Part shown: positions 1-9,450 of the stretch, one piece after another
Layout: each line of letters begins with the position of its first letter
Numbering within the stretch: position 1 is the first letter of the stretch
From: Candidatus Hydrothermarchaeota archaeon
GTDB taxonomy: Archaea; Hydrothermarchaeota; Hydrothermarchaeia; Hydrothermarchaeales; BMS3B
DNA length: 64,000 nt
Assembly (NCBI GenBank): GCA_015521615.1
Contig: WANW01000059.1
Span: 802 to 64,801, forward strand
Direction of reading: 5' to 3'
Made by a program: the position numbers and the translations under genes
The notes under the pieces: generated by a model
Told to the model about the DNA's origin: nothing
Databases searched by the model: none
The model's input: the letters and a program-made list of their open reading frames with translations, nothing else

Positions 1-176
1 ACCCCTCGCATCCTATCACCTCAATTGAGTAGAATGAGGATGTAGTATAAAAAGATTTTTAGGCTTTACTTTTCAAGCGCTTTTGGCAAAAAGTGTACAT
101 GCTCCACAGGAAGAAACTGTAACTCGATAGACAAGCTTTAAAGCAAAAAGAACAAAAATGAAGATGTAATTTGTTT

Positions 177-266
177 GCGGCGGGGTAACCAAGATCGGTC
201 AAGGTGACCGATTGAGGATCGGTGCTCGGACCAGAGCGCGCGGGTTCAAGTCCCGCCCCCGCCGCA
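177..266 (+). tRNA. tRNA-Leu (anticodon GAG), type II with a long variable arm. Ends are approximate; the best acceptor pairing is 179-185/257-263.
   Basis: Cloverleaf read directly: anticodon stem ACCGA/TCGGT with loop TTGAGGA, 16-nt variable arm, T-arm GCGGG-TTCAAGT-CCCGC, 7-bp GC-rich acceptor stem. CCA is not encoded. Confidence 0.8.
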
Positions 267-425
267 TGAATACCTTTGTTGTATAGGGGTATAAAAAATT
301 TACCATTTTTTCTCCAGCACCAACCGGGACTGATATTACTTTTATACTTTTCCGGCGCTCTCGGGCAACGCCTAAATATGTGCGTTGCTGCATATATGCT
401 ACCTTTCCACCAAGGAGGGGTTGAG

Positions 426-671
426 ATGAAGAATGTGCGAATAATAATAACATCCGGTGATGGAAAGACGCATGTGACCGAGGTCAGGTCCTCGGTCTGG
501 CTTGAGAAGGCAGGGATGCGGAAGTGCAACGGTAGCTACATCCTTGATCTCGCCGTTGCCAAGGTGGAGATGCCAGAGGATGTGGGCTACGAATTCGTTG
601 AGGATCTTGCATTGCTTCTCTCATACCGGGAGCGCAAGAAGCTCGGGGAAGCGCTGCTAGCAAGCATTTAA
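426..671 (+). CDS. Small hypothetical protein (81 aa) between tRNA-Leu and the integrase.
   Basis: ATG preceded by a GGAGGGG Shine-Dalgarno-like motif. The longer ORF-track start upstream lacks an RBS. Confidence 0.4.
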   Translation: MKNVRIIITSGDGKTHVTEVRSSVWLEKAGMRKCNGSYILDLAVAKVEMPEDVGYEFVEDLALLLSYRERKKLGEALLASI

Positions 672-703
672 GCGTTTGCACTCTAATTTTTTACTGAGCA
701 GTT

Positions 704-2116
704 ATGGCAGAGAAAGACTTCTTTAAGTACAGGAAGCGATATCAACGGGAGCTGAAGTTGCTCGAAGAGGCTGACATCCACCCCAACAACAAGAGGCTTA
801 TCAAGGAATTCGACAGGGCTTGCCGGGCGGGAACCTTTGGAAAGAAGCTTGACTATCCATCTGCACAGGAGCAGCTCAACACCCTGCGGAGGTTCTGTCA
901 ATTTTTTGAGAAAGACCTGTACTGGGCTACTCAGCAAGACTTCGACGAAGCTTTTGCCAAGATTGAGGAACACTTTGAGAATTTAAGAAGAGAGCGCCAG
1001 AAGAGGGGGCTTGATGAGAAGATTTCGGGGGATTGGGCTATTTATCGCTTCAAAGTTACAGTTAAGAAGTTTATGCGCTGGCTGAGATGGGCGTACTGGT
1101 ACCCAGAGGGTTACCCCGGCAAGGAGAAACTTGACCCAGCTGAAATATTCTGGAAGACCGGTTTTGCCAGGCGTAAAAAACCCCTCTACCCTCTTGAGGT
1201 TGCTCACATCTACGCCGAAACGCCCAAATCAGAACTCCGTGATAGGTCCCTTCCACCATGGCGTGAGATTGGTAAGATCTGGGATAAGCTGGCGAGTGCA
1301 GCTGCGAACCTGCGGGATAAAGCCATCTTCAAGTGTCAGAAAAAGAAAGGCCCACGTGTCGGGGGGCTTGGCTCCATGCTTTTTGGGGATTTGGAAGAGC
1401 TTGATATAGGTTACAAGTTTTACATCAGGGACAAGAACAGAGAAAACGTGGTCGCCACCCCTATTTATGACGATTTGGAAGACATAGAGGCCATCAGGGC
1501 CTATCTGCTTGAAAGGGAGGCAATGCTAAGGGACTGGGGATATGATCCCTACGACCCAAAGCTTCCCCTCTGGCTCAAATACAACCAAAATAAGCCCGTG
1601 ATGATTGACTACCAGGACATTCGCAACGCTATCAAGAGGGCAAAAGACCGCTGGAACAAGCTGCACCCTGAGGACCCAATCACATACCGCCTCTATAACC
1701 ATCTCACGCGCTTCTATGCCGAAGGTGTGGATCAGAAGATCAAGAAAATCCCAGATAACATTCGAAGGAAGGAACGCGGCTGGTCCCCTACCTCGCCAAT
1801 GCCCGGTAAGTACGGGGCTATGATTGAGGATGTCGATATAGAGGAATTCTACGAGGAGAAGGCTGGGATAAAAGAGACCGAGGAGCAGAAAAAGAAAAAG
1901 AAGTGCTTCCGCTGCGGGTTTATCAACGAGGCACACTTAGAAAAGTGCTTCCGCTGTGGAACATGGCTTGATCCAAAGAGGATATTAGAGATAGAAAATA
2001 TGAAGGTGGCCGCCTTAGAAAGGAGGATGGAAATTTTGGAGGAGGTTGTCAGAATACTGGCTGGCAATAATGTGGAAGCTGTAGTTTCTTCTGATGCACG
2101 GCCTCCTAAGCTGTAG
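704..2116 (+). CDS. Tyrosine-recombinase-like integrase (470 aa) with a C-terminal C4 zinc ribbon.
   Basis: C-terminal half carries a K-x-x-R-x-x-V-x-x-P-like beta-hairpin (DKNRENVVATPI), an H-x-x-R box (NHLTR), and a candidate catalytic Tyr downstream. It ends with CFRCG...CFRCG. The stop codon TAG (2114-2116) is embedded in a tRNA-Arg 3'-half fragment. Confidence 0.55.
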   Translation: MAEKDFFKYRKRYQRELKLLEEADIHPNNKRLIKEFDRACRAGTFGKKLDYPSAQEQLNTLRRFCQFFEKDLYWATQQDFDEAFAKIEEHFENLRRERQKRGLDEKISGDWAIYRFKVTVKKFMRWLRWAYWYPEGYPGKEKLDPAEIFWKTGFARRKKPLYPLEVAHIYAETPKSELRDRSLPPWREIGKIWDKLASAAANLRDKAIFKCQKKKGPRVGGLGSMLFGDLEELDIGYKFYIRDKNRENVVATPIYDDLEDIEAIRAYLLEREAMLRDWGYDPYDPKLPLWLKYNQNKPVMIDYQDIRNAIKRAKDRWNKLHPEDPITYRLYNHLTRFYAEGVDQKIKKIPDNIRRKERGWSPTSPMPGKYGAMIEDVDIEEFYEEKAGIKETEEQKKKKKCFRCGFINEAHLEKCFRCGTWLDPKRILEIENMKVAALERRMEILEEVVRILAGNNVEAVVSSDARPPKL

Positions 2117-2144
2117 ATCGGGGGTTCAAATCCCCCCGGGCCCG
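2098..2144 (+). other. 47-nt fragment equal to the 3' half of a tRNA-Arg(CCU), from the anticodon stem-loop through the T-arm and acceptor 3' strand. Candidate att core (attR).
   Basis: Anticodon stem ACGGC/GCTGT with loop CTCCTAA (anticodon CCT), T-arm GGGGG-TTCAAAT-CCCCC, acceptor 3' strand CGGGCCC plus G. No matching D-arm or 5' acceptor strand occurs upstream, so this is not a complete tRNA gene. Confidence 0.6.
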
Positions 2145-2400
2145 CTTACCTTATTTTTCCGTTGCCTCTGGAGGATTGGTGCACGAGTACCCCATAAGAT
2201 CTTCAGCTGCTGGCAGCACAGCCACCGGGACGATAGAAGCCAAAGAGAAGCTGCTCAAAGGCTATGATGAGTTGAAAAAGGAGACCAAGGAGGAGCTGCT
2301 CAGGGAGTTGTTGAAGGAGTAGAGCAGATTATGTTACCTGTAACATAAGTTGTAACAAATCATTTCCCTGTAAAATATGTTAACTCGGAAAGCCGCTTAT

Positions 2401-2418
2401 GAAATAATATTATATTTC
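2401..2418. promoter_or_regulatory. Near-palindrome GAAATAATATTATATTTC (14 of 18 self-complementary), downstream of the same regulator gene. Related to the 2886-2905 site.
   Basis: Shares GAAAT...ATTTC arms and an AATATT core with the perfect palindrome. Confidence 0.35.
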
Positions 2419-2518
2419 GAGTAATTGCAAAAAAGAAGCCCGTTCAAAAATTCCTACGAAATTTTTCCTCACTCATCTAAGATAGGTGCCCCAAAAATTC
2501 GAAAGAAGCATAAATAAA

Positions 2519-2785
2519 TTATAAATTTTCCATATCGAGAAAGTCTTCAACCTTTTTGACGTAGTAACGCTTTTTCAGCCTCCCCTTCTCCTCGACAACC
2601 TCCACTCTGAGGTCGTCCTCCAGTCTTCGCAGGCTACCCTGTACCTTGCCCGTGCTCCAGTTGAGCGCTTTAGCTATCTCATAGAGCGTTTTCCCGGGGT
2701 TAGCTTCCAAGTAGTGGAGGAGCTCCATGTCGGTCATCCTACCTATCAGCTCCCTCTTCTTTATCGCTCTAACAGTCCTTGGCAT
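2519..2785 (-). CDS. Small winged-helix transcriptional regulator (88 aa).
   Basis: wHTH-like sequence (TLYEIAKALNWSTGKVQGSLRRLEDDL). Flanked by AT-rich DNA and palindromic sites. Confidence 0.55.
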   Translation of the reverse strand: MPRTVRAIKKRELIGRMTDMELLHYLEANPGKTLYEIAKALNWSTGKVQGSLRRLEDDLRVEVVEEKGRLKKRYYVKKVEDFLDMENL

Positions 2786-2885
2786 GCTCAGCCTCCACTT
2801 TAATTACTTTAAGGTAATTAAAGTTATGCATAGTATTTAAACTTTTCGGATAAAATATAAACAAAATAGAAAAACTTATATATAC

Positions 2886-2905
2886 GAAATATAATATTAT
2901 ATTTC
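2886..2905. promoter_or_regulatory. Perfect 20-bp palindrome GAAATATAATATTATATTTC, about 100 bp upstream of the wHTH regulator start. Putative operator.
   Basis: The sequence is its own reverse complement. Confidence 0.5.
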
Positions 2906-3381
2906 ATGAATGACATCAAGTCAAGCTAAAACCTTCAGAGAAAGCAACTCTCCTTGTCCTGTATAAAGTATGTAAAGGGTCTCTTAAATGTCACGTTCCA
3001 ATTGAAGCTATTCAGGCTAAGTTTAAAAACATGAGAGACACGTGCCGGTGAAGGCGCTTCGCATACTGGCGAGGCTGGGCCTTGTGGTCAGGCATCCAAC
3101 TAAGGGAGGGGTTACTTACCAGCTCACTCGCATCGGAAAAGAGTATGTGGAGACGCAGTTAAGAGAGTTTCTTTAAATAGCTTCTGGTTAAAGGTAGCGT
3201 TCAGAAAAGACTTCTTTTTGGAACACCCAAAACGGCGAGGGCGCTCAGTACCGGAAGCATCTACCGCGATTGGGCGGTGGTTTTGGAACTTTTTAATCAC
3301 GGGTGTGAATGTAACTCTTATATACTCCTTCAAGGATACGGAGGTGAAACCTATTTATACAGACCTTTTTAATTTAGTTCT

Positions 3382-3849
3382 ATGGGCATCTACGGAACTA
3401 AGGCCAGCCTGTACTCTGATTTATCCCTCACGCTGGAATTTCTCGTAACTGCTATGTTCTTCACCGGTTACTATTTTGCCAGGAAAAGGAATTTTTCATT
3501 GCATCCTAAGTTTATGGCGACTGCTTTTATGCTGGACATTGCCTTTCTTGTAAGCTACATGATAAAATCACTCGCCGAAGGAAGGACTGAGTTTGCTGGG
3601 CCCGCCTTAATCTATAAGCTTGTGTATCTTCCAACAGTGATATTTCACTCAATAATATCCATAGTTGTGCTTTTATTAGCGGCTTTCATGGTTTACAATG
3701 GCATAAGAAACTTTGACAGAGAAAAACTGAGCATGAAACCAGAAAACGTGCTAAAGCACCGGAAATTCGGTAGGATAACATTGACCACATGGGTACTCTC
3801 GTTCATGTCAGGTCTCGCGGTTTATCTCCTTCTATATGTCCTGTACTGA
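3382..3849 (+). CDS. Integral membrane protein of about 4 TM helices (DUF420-like).
   Basis: Hydrophobic helices in the translated ORF. Size and pattern resemble DUF420 proteins. Confidence 0.45.
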   Translation: MGIYGTKASLYSDLSLTLEFLVTAMFFTGYYFARKRNFSLHPKFMATAFMLDIAFLVSYMIKSLAEGRTEFAGPALIYKLVYLPTVIFHSIISIVVLLLAAFMVYNGIRNFDREKLSMKPENVLKHRKFGRITLTTWVLSFMSGLAVYLLLYVLY

Positions 3850-3937
3850 CTTCACAAAAGGTGCCTCCGCTTTGTCTGTTTGTTGTCAAAAAACAGATAA
3901 ATTTATTAATCTGCACTCCGAGAATTAATAGATACCA

Positions 3938-4441
3938 ATGTGGAGCGAGATAGAAAAACACTTCAGGAAATTTCCAATGCAGAAGCGGGTGGCACTCTTT
4001 CTCCTTCGCAAGGGCTTCCAGGTAAATGAGCACGCCCGTGTCTGCGTGGGCGGGATAGATATACCCCATACCCAGGTAGCAAAGGAACTTGGCATAGATC
4101 GCCGCGTCGTTGATGCAACGGCAGAGAGGATTAGAAAGGAGGAGAGTCTCTACAGGATATTCAGTAACCTTGACTGTGTGGCTTTTCTCCGTGACGTGGC
4201 ACCAATACTGGGGCTCAACGTAGTGATAATAACGCCGGACGATGCCTCGAAGCCCGGGATAATAGGTAGAGTGGCCTCCAAGATTTCTGAGTGGGGCATA
4301 CCAATAAGGCAGGCGATAGCGGACGACCCGTACCTCTTTGAAGAACCCAGGCTGACAATAATAACCGAGGGGGAATTACCCGGGGAGCTTATTAAGGAAT
4401 TAAAGGCGCTCGACGGGGTAAAGAGGCTGACAATAATTTAG
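3938..4441 (+). CDS. ACT-domain regulator of amino acid metabolism (COG2150-like). The start may be ATG 3977.
   Basis: N-terminal HTH-like region plus C-terminal ACT-like domain. Architecture matches the archaeal COG2150 family. Confidence 0.5.
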   Translation: MWSEIEKHFRKFPMQKRVALFLLRKGFQVNEHARVCVGGIDIPHTQVAKELGIDRRVVDATAERIRKEESLYRIFSNLDCVAFLRDVAPILGLNVVIITPDDASKPGIIGRVASKISEWGIPIRQAIADDPYLFEEPRLTIITEGELPGELIKELKALDGVKRLTII

Positions 4442-4474
4442 CTTTTTCCATGTCATCTTTGAGGATACGGGGAA

Positions 4475-5431
4475 ATGAAAATCTCACTGGGACTTACAAC
4501 GAGCATGCCCGTGATGCAGGGTGTAAAGCTTGCAAGGCTTGCAGAGGAGCAGGGTTATACGAGAATATTCGTGGGCGAGGATGCACTATCCCGCGAGATT
4601 TTCACATACCTGGCAACTATTGCCGTTAAAACGCAGGACATCCCCCTAGCTTCAGGAATATTATCCCCTTATCTCAGAAGCCTTGTGTTTATCATCTCAG
4701 CCACAGCGGGGCTGCAGATGATTACGGGAAACCGCTTTTCCCTTGGTTTAGGTGTCGGGGGCATTCCTGAGGTTGTGAAGCTTACAGGTAAGGAACCACG
4801 CAATGTGGTGGAGGTGATGAGGGAAACCGCAGAGGTGGTGCGCAGAGTATTCAGAGGCGAGGAAGTCACATATGAGGGCAGAAAGGCATGCCTCAAGGGC
4901 TACAGGCTTCGCATAGAGGATGTCGCTTTGCCTGAGATTCTATTTGGTGTGCGCGGAAAAAAGCTCCTTGCCCTGGCAGGTGAGGTTAGCGACGGTGTAA
5001 TCTTCAGCGGCCCAGATGAATACCTGAGGCAGGCAATTGAAGTGGTTAGAAGAGCAACGAAAAAGGCAGGAAGAAGGTTTGTGAATATGCACAGGGTGGT
5101 GTGGAAAGGCTTTGTTCTTGGCAACAACATAAAAAAAGCAAAGCAGATAACGGCAACGATGATTGCAAGCTCACCCGGGGAGGTGCTCCGCATGCTGGAG
5201 CTTGAGGAGGTGGCGGAGGAAATAAAGCGCGCTTTTCTCAGACGCGAGTACGCCCTCGCAATAAAGCTTGTACCAGACAGAGCCCTGCGTGAGTTCTGCT
5301 TTTTTGGCACAAAAGAGGAGATTCTGGATGCGATGGAAGAACTCCACCGGCATGGATTTGAGGAATTTATTGTAGGACCACCCTTCGGCGACTCAGCTAC
5401 AGAGGTGGTGCGCAGCTTTGGTAGCGCCTGA
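4475..5431 (+). CDS. Luciferase-like monooxygenase (LLM) family F420-dependent oxidoreductase, Mer-like.
   Basis: TIM-barrel LLM signature pattern throughout, with similarity in pattern to methylene-H4MPT reductase. Confidence 0.65.
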   Translation: MKISLGLTTSMPVMQGVKLARLAEEQGYTRIFVGEDALSREIFTYLATIAVKTQDIPLASGILSPYLRSLVFIISATAGLQMITGNRFSLGLGVGGIPEVVKLTGKEPRNVVEVMRETAEVVRRVFRGEEVTYEGRKACLKGYRLRIEDVALPEILFGVRGKKLLALAGEVSDGVIFSGPDEYLRQAIEVVRRATKKAGRRFVNMHRVVWKGFVLGNNIKKAKQITATMIASSPGEVLRMLELEEVAEEIKRAFLRREYALAIKLVPDRALREFCFFGTKEEILDAMEELHRHGFEEFIVGPPFGDSATEVVRSFGSA

Positions 5432-6293
5432 GCTTGGAATCAACTTCAACGGTAACCTGAGCAGGGAAGAAGTTGCGGCAAAGGCGAGGGCGGCTGAGCG
5501 CAATGGTGTTCGCTACCTGTGGGTGGGTGAATCAAAGCCACTGGTGCACCCTTTCCCGATAATGACACTCCTTGCGGAGAGCACAACGCATGCCACAATA
5601 GGATCTGCGATACTCTCGGCGATGAGCAACCGCTGCTTCCACATCGCAAAGGCATTTAGGGTGCTCAGGGAGGCATATGGACAGCGCTTTATCGCAGGTA
5701 TCGCTCCCGGGGACTTGCATGGGCTGAAGGTTGAGTGCATCGCAAGCAGGGGTGTGGTGGCACGCCTCGAGAAGTGCATCTCCAGAATAAAGGGGGTGGT
5801 ACCCGTCTTTGTTGGAGCCTCGGGACCAAAGCTGATAGAGCTGGCCAGTATTAGAGGTGAGGGTGTGATACTCAACTACGCTCACCCAGAGTTCATAAAG
5901 TGGGCTCTCCGCCATGTAAGGAGGGAGAGGTACCTCGCCTGCATAGCACCTGCGCTTGTTCTGCCAGATAAAGAAAATATGGCAGAGCTCATGGGTGCAG
6001 CTGCTGTGGTAGCGAGTGGCGCAAATCCCGTGTTTATTGCAGATATGGGCATTGAAGAGAAGGTAACTGAAATCAGAAATATGGTTAAGCGAGACAGATG
6101 GGATGAGCTTGCAGAGCATGAGAACTTCCTTCTGGAATACTTCACCATCTCCGGAAGTGTTGACGAGGTGGTGGAGAGGATAGAGGAGCTGGCAAAGCTG
6201 GGCATGAAGCAGGTCATCCTCGGCTCACCCTTTGTTAAGAGCATTGCGTTTGAGAAAATAATAAATAGCATAAGCGAGAGGCTAGGCGTATGA
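5418..6293 (+). CDS. Second LLM-family F420-dependent oxidoreductase (tandem paralog).
   Basis: LLM-like sequence. Overlaps the upstream gene by 14 nt and the downstream gene by 4 nt (ATGA). Confidence 0.6.
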   Translation: MVAPELGINFNGNLSREEVAAKARAAERNGVRYLWVGESKPLVHPFPIMTLLAESTTHATIGSAILSAMSNRCFHIAKAFRVLREAYGQRFIAGIAPGDLHGLKVECIASRGVVARLEKCISRIKGVVPVFVGASGPKLIELASIRGEGVILNYAHPEFIKWALRHVRRERYLACIAPALVLPDKENMAELMGAAAVVASGANPVFIADMGIEEKVTEIRNMVKRDRWDELAEHENFLLEYFTISGSVDEVVERIEELAKLGMKQVILGSPFVKSIAFEKIINSISERLGV

Positions 6294-7108
6294 GAATAGT
6301 AATAGCTCACAGCCCAGATCCAGACGACGCCTTTATGTTCTATGCCCTCGCGACAGGTAAAATAGAGAGCGAGTTTGAATTTGTGGATGTGACCCATGAC
6401 ATAGAGACGCTAAACAGAAAGGCAATGCAGGGTGAGTACGAGGTCACGGCTATATCAATCCACGCGTATCCCTACCTGGCGGAGCGCTATGCCCTGCTCA
6501 ACTGCGGGGCGAGCATGGGGGATAACTACGGCCCAATCGTTGTCGCCAGGGAAAAGCTGGATTCTCTGGAAGGGAAGCGCATCGCCATACCGGGGAAGCT
6601 TACCTCAGCTTATCTCGCCCTGAAGCTGTATGAGCGCAACTTCTCTCCTGTGGAGGTACCCTTCGACCGCATCCCCGAGGCGGTGGCAGGTGGTGAAGTC
6701 GACGCTGGTTTGCTCATCCATGAGGGACAGCTCACCTACCCTGAGCTTGGCCTTGTGAAGGTGGTGGATCTCGGAGAGTGGTGGCATGGTGAGACCTCGC
6801 TCCCCCTGCCTCTGGGTGGCAACGCCATAAGGCGAGACCTTGGCGATGAAACAATGCGCAGAGTAGCTTCTTACCTCAAGCAGAGCATACGCTATGCCCT
6901 TGAGCATGAAGAGGAAGCCCTGGAATATGCGCTGCAGTTTGGACGGGGGCTTGACAGGGAGAAGAACAGAAAGTTTGTAAGGATGTACGTCAATGAGTAC
7001 ACCCTCGACTACGGCGAAAAGGGCAGGCAGGCTATAAAGCTGTTCTTAAAGAGAGGTTATGAGGAGGGAATACTCCCGAAATACGTTGAACCCGAGTTTA
7101 TAGGGTAG
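6290..7108 (+). CDS. MqnA/MqnD-family protein (periplasmic-binding-protein-like fold, futalosine pathway family).
   Basis: N-terminus IVIAHSPDPDDAFMFYAL resembles the conserved S-P-x-D-x-F motif of MqnA/MqnD. Length about 270 aa. Confidence 0.45.
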   Translation: MRIVIAHSPDPDDAFMFYALATGKIESEFEFVDVTHDIETLNRKAMQGEYEVTAISIHAYPYLAERYALLNCGASMGDNYGPIVVAREKLDSLEGKRIAIPGKLTSAYLALKLYERNFSPVEVPFDRIPEAVAGGEVDAGLLIHEGQLTYPELGLVKVVDLGEWWHGETSLPLPLGGNAIRRDLGDETMRRVASYLKQSIRYALEHEEEALEYALQFGRGLDREKNRKFVRMYVNEYTLDYGEKGRQAIKLFLKRGYEEGILPKYVEPEFIG

Positions 7109-7367
7109 CTATCCCCTCCTCCACATACCCTTTAATAAGCCTGAGCAGCTTTTCCTTATCCTCCTCGCCAAGGGTTTCAAACATCTCAATAAAATACCCG
7201 AAGATCTTTTTTACTGGTATTCTCAACTCTCCCACGTCAGAATCAAGAATGACATAGTCCTCACCCTCTATCTTCCTGATTTCCTTGGCCTTAAAAACAG
7301 AAAAGAGAAATTCCTCCTCACTCACATCCTCCTTCTTCGGCAGAAATACCCCAATACCTTCGCTCAT
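7098..7367 (-). CDS. Small hypothetical protein (89 aa).
   Basis: ORF with plausible composition, convergent with the upstream operon. Confidence 0.3.
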   Translation of the reverse strand: MSEGIGVFLPKKEDVSEEEFLFSVFKAKEIRKIEGEDYVILDSDVGELRIPVKKIFGYFIEMFETLGEEDKEKLLRLIKGYVEEGIATL

Positions 7368-7470
7368 GCATAACCCTGGATGGCGTGGTTATATAACGCT
7401 TGCGCTTGCCACCAGACACCCAGCATCAGGGATGAGAAATGGTGCAGCGCCCCTATATGAAAAACTTTAA

Positions 7471-8538
<1,068 letters not shown>

Positions 8539-8544
8539 GCGGGT

Positions 8545-9450
8545 ATGCTAGAGGTTGAGCTCTGTGGAATAAAGCTAAGAAACCCCACCATGCTGGCGAG
8601 CGGCATCTTGGGTACAAGCGGTGCCGCTCTAAAGCGCGTTGCACTGAGTGGAGGGGCAGGTGCAATTGTAACCAAATCTATAGGGCTTACACCGAGGGAG
8701 GGTCACAGAAATCCTACTGTAGTTGAAATAAATGGCGGACTTATAAGTGCAATTGGCCTAGCGAACCCGGGCTATGAGGAGTTTGGTGATGAGATTCGTG
8801 TGGCCAAGGAGGGCGGCGTTCCCGTAATAGGGAGTGTTTATGGGTTCAACTTCGCAGAGTATGCCGCCGTTGCTGAGACGCTGCAGAAGTACGGTGTAGA
8901 TGCAATTGAGCTGAACATCTCTTACCCCAATGTGGGTAAAGCTGGTGCCTTCTTTGGGTACAGCGAGGAACTTAGCCATGAGGTGGTTAAGGAGGTAAAG
9001 AAGCGGGTAAGCTTACCTGTGTTTGCGAAGCTCACTGCGGGCGCGGGGGATATTGTAGCAATAGCCAAAGCGTGCGAAGAAGCTGGTGCAGATGCGATTA
9101 CAGCGATAGGTGCGCTCCGCGCCATGAAGATAGACCTCATCACAGGAAAGCCGGTGCTGGGCAACGAAGTGGGCGGTTTATCAGGGCCGTGTATCAAACC
9201 CATCGCCCTGCGCTGCGTCTATGAGATAGCACGTGAGGTGGATATTCCCGTAATAGGATGCGGTGGTATTACCACAGGGGAGGATGCAGTGGAGTTCTTC
9301 CTGGCGGGCGCGAAGGCAGTACAGATAGGTACAGCGGTGCTATACCGCGGCATAACCGTCTTTAAAAAGGTTTCTCAGGAGATTAAGGAATATCTGGAAG
9401 AGAATGGTTACTGTAGTGTTGATGAGATAGTAGGGCTGGCGCTGAGGTAG
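8545..9450 (+). CDS. pyrD: Dihydroorotate dehydrogenase catalytic subunit (class 1B).
   Basis: TIM-barrel DHOD motifs; 301 aa; followed by its electron-transfer subunit. Confidence 0.85.
   Translation: MLEVELCGIKLRNPTMLASGILGTSGAALKRVALSGGAGAIVTKSIGLTPREGHRNPTVVEINGGLISAIGLANPGYEEFGDEIRVAKEGGVPVIGSVYGFNFAEYAAVAETLQKYGVDAIELNISYPNVGKAGAFFGYSEELSHEVVKEVKKRVSLPVFAKLTAGAGDIVAIAKACEEAGADAITAIGALRAMKIDLITGKPVLGNEVGGLSGPCIKPIALRCVYEIAREVDIPVIGCGGITTGEDAVEFFLAGAKAVQIGTAVLYRGITVFKKVSQEIKEYLEENGYCSVDEIVGLALR

Larger units (their letters stand above)
1..2144. mobile_element. Putative right-hand portion of an integrated element (small ORF, integrase, att). The left boundary is not in the window. An AT-rich accessory zone continues to about 3400.
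   Basis: An integrase gene terminates inside a tRNA 3'-half fragment. AT-rich, gene-poor DNA contrasts with the dense GC-richer core genome that starts around 3900. Confidence 0.35.

Noticed and set aside
177-266. tRNA-Leu considered as the integration target (attB) of the adjacent integrase.
   Set aside because: The att fragment at 2098-2144 has a different T-stem and acceptor sequence (GGGGG/CCCCC, CGGGCCC) from tRNA-Leu (GCGGG/CCCGC, CCCCGCC). It corresponds to a tRNA-Arg(CCU) instead.
1885-1905. Poly-A/G run (aaaaagaaaaagaag) encoding KKKKK inside the integrase, considered as a frameshift or slippery site.
   Set aside because: The reading frame continues cleanly through it into the zinc ribbon and the stop. 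No evidence of an alternative frame product.
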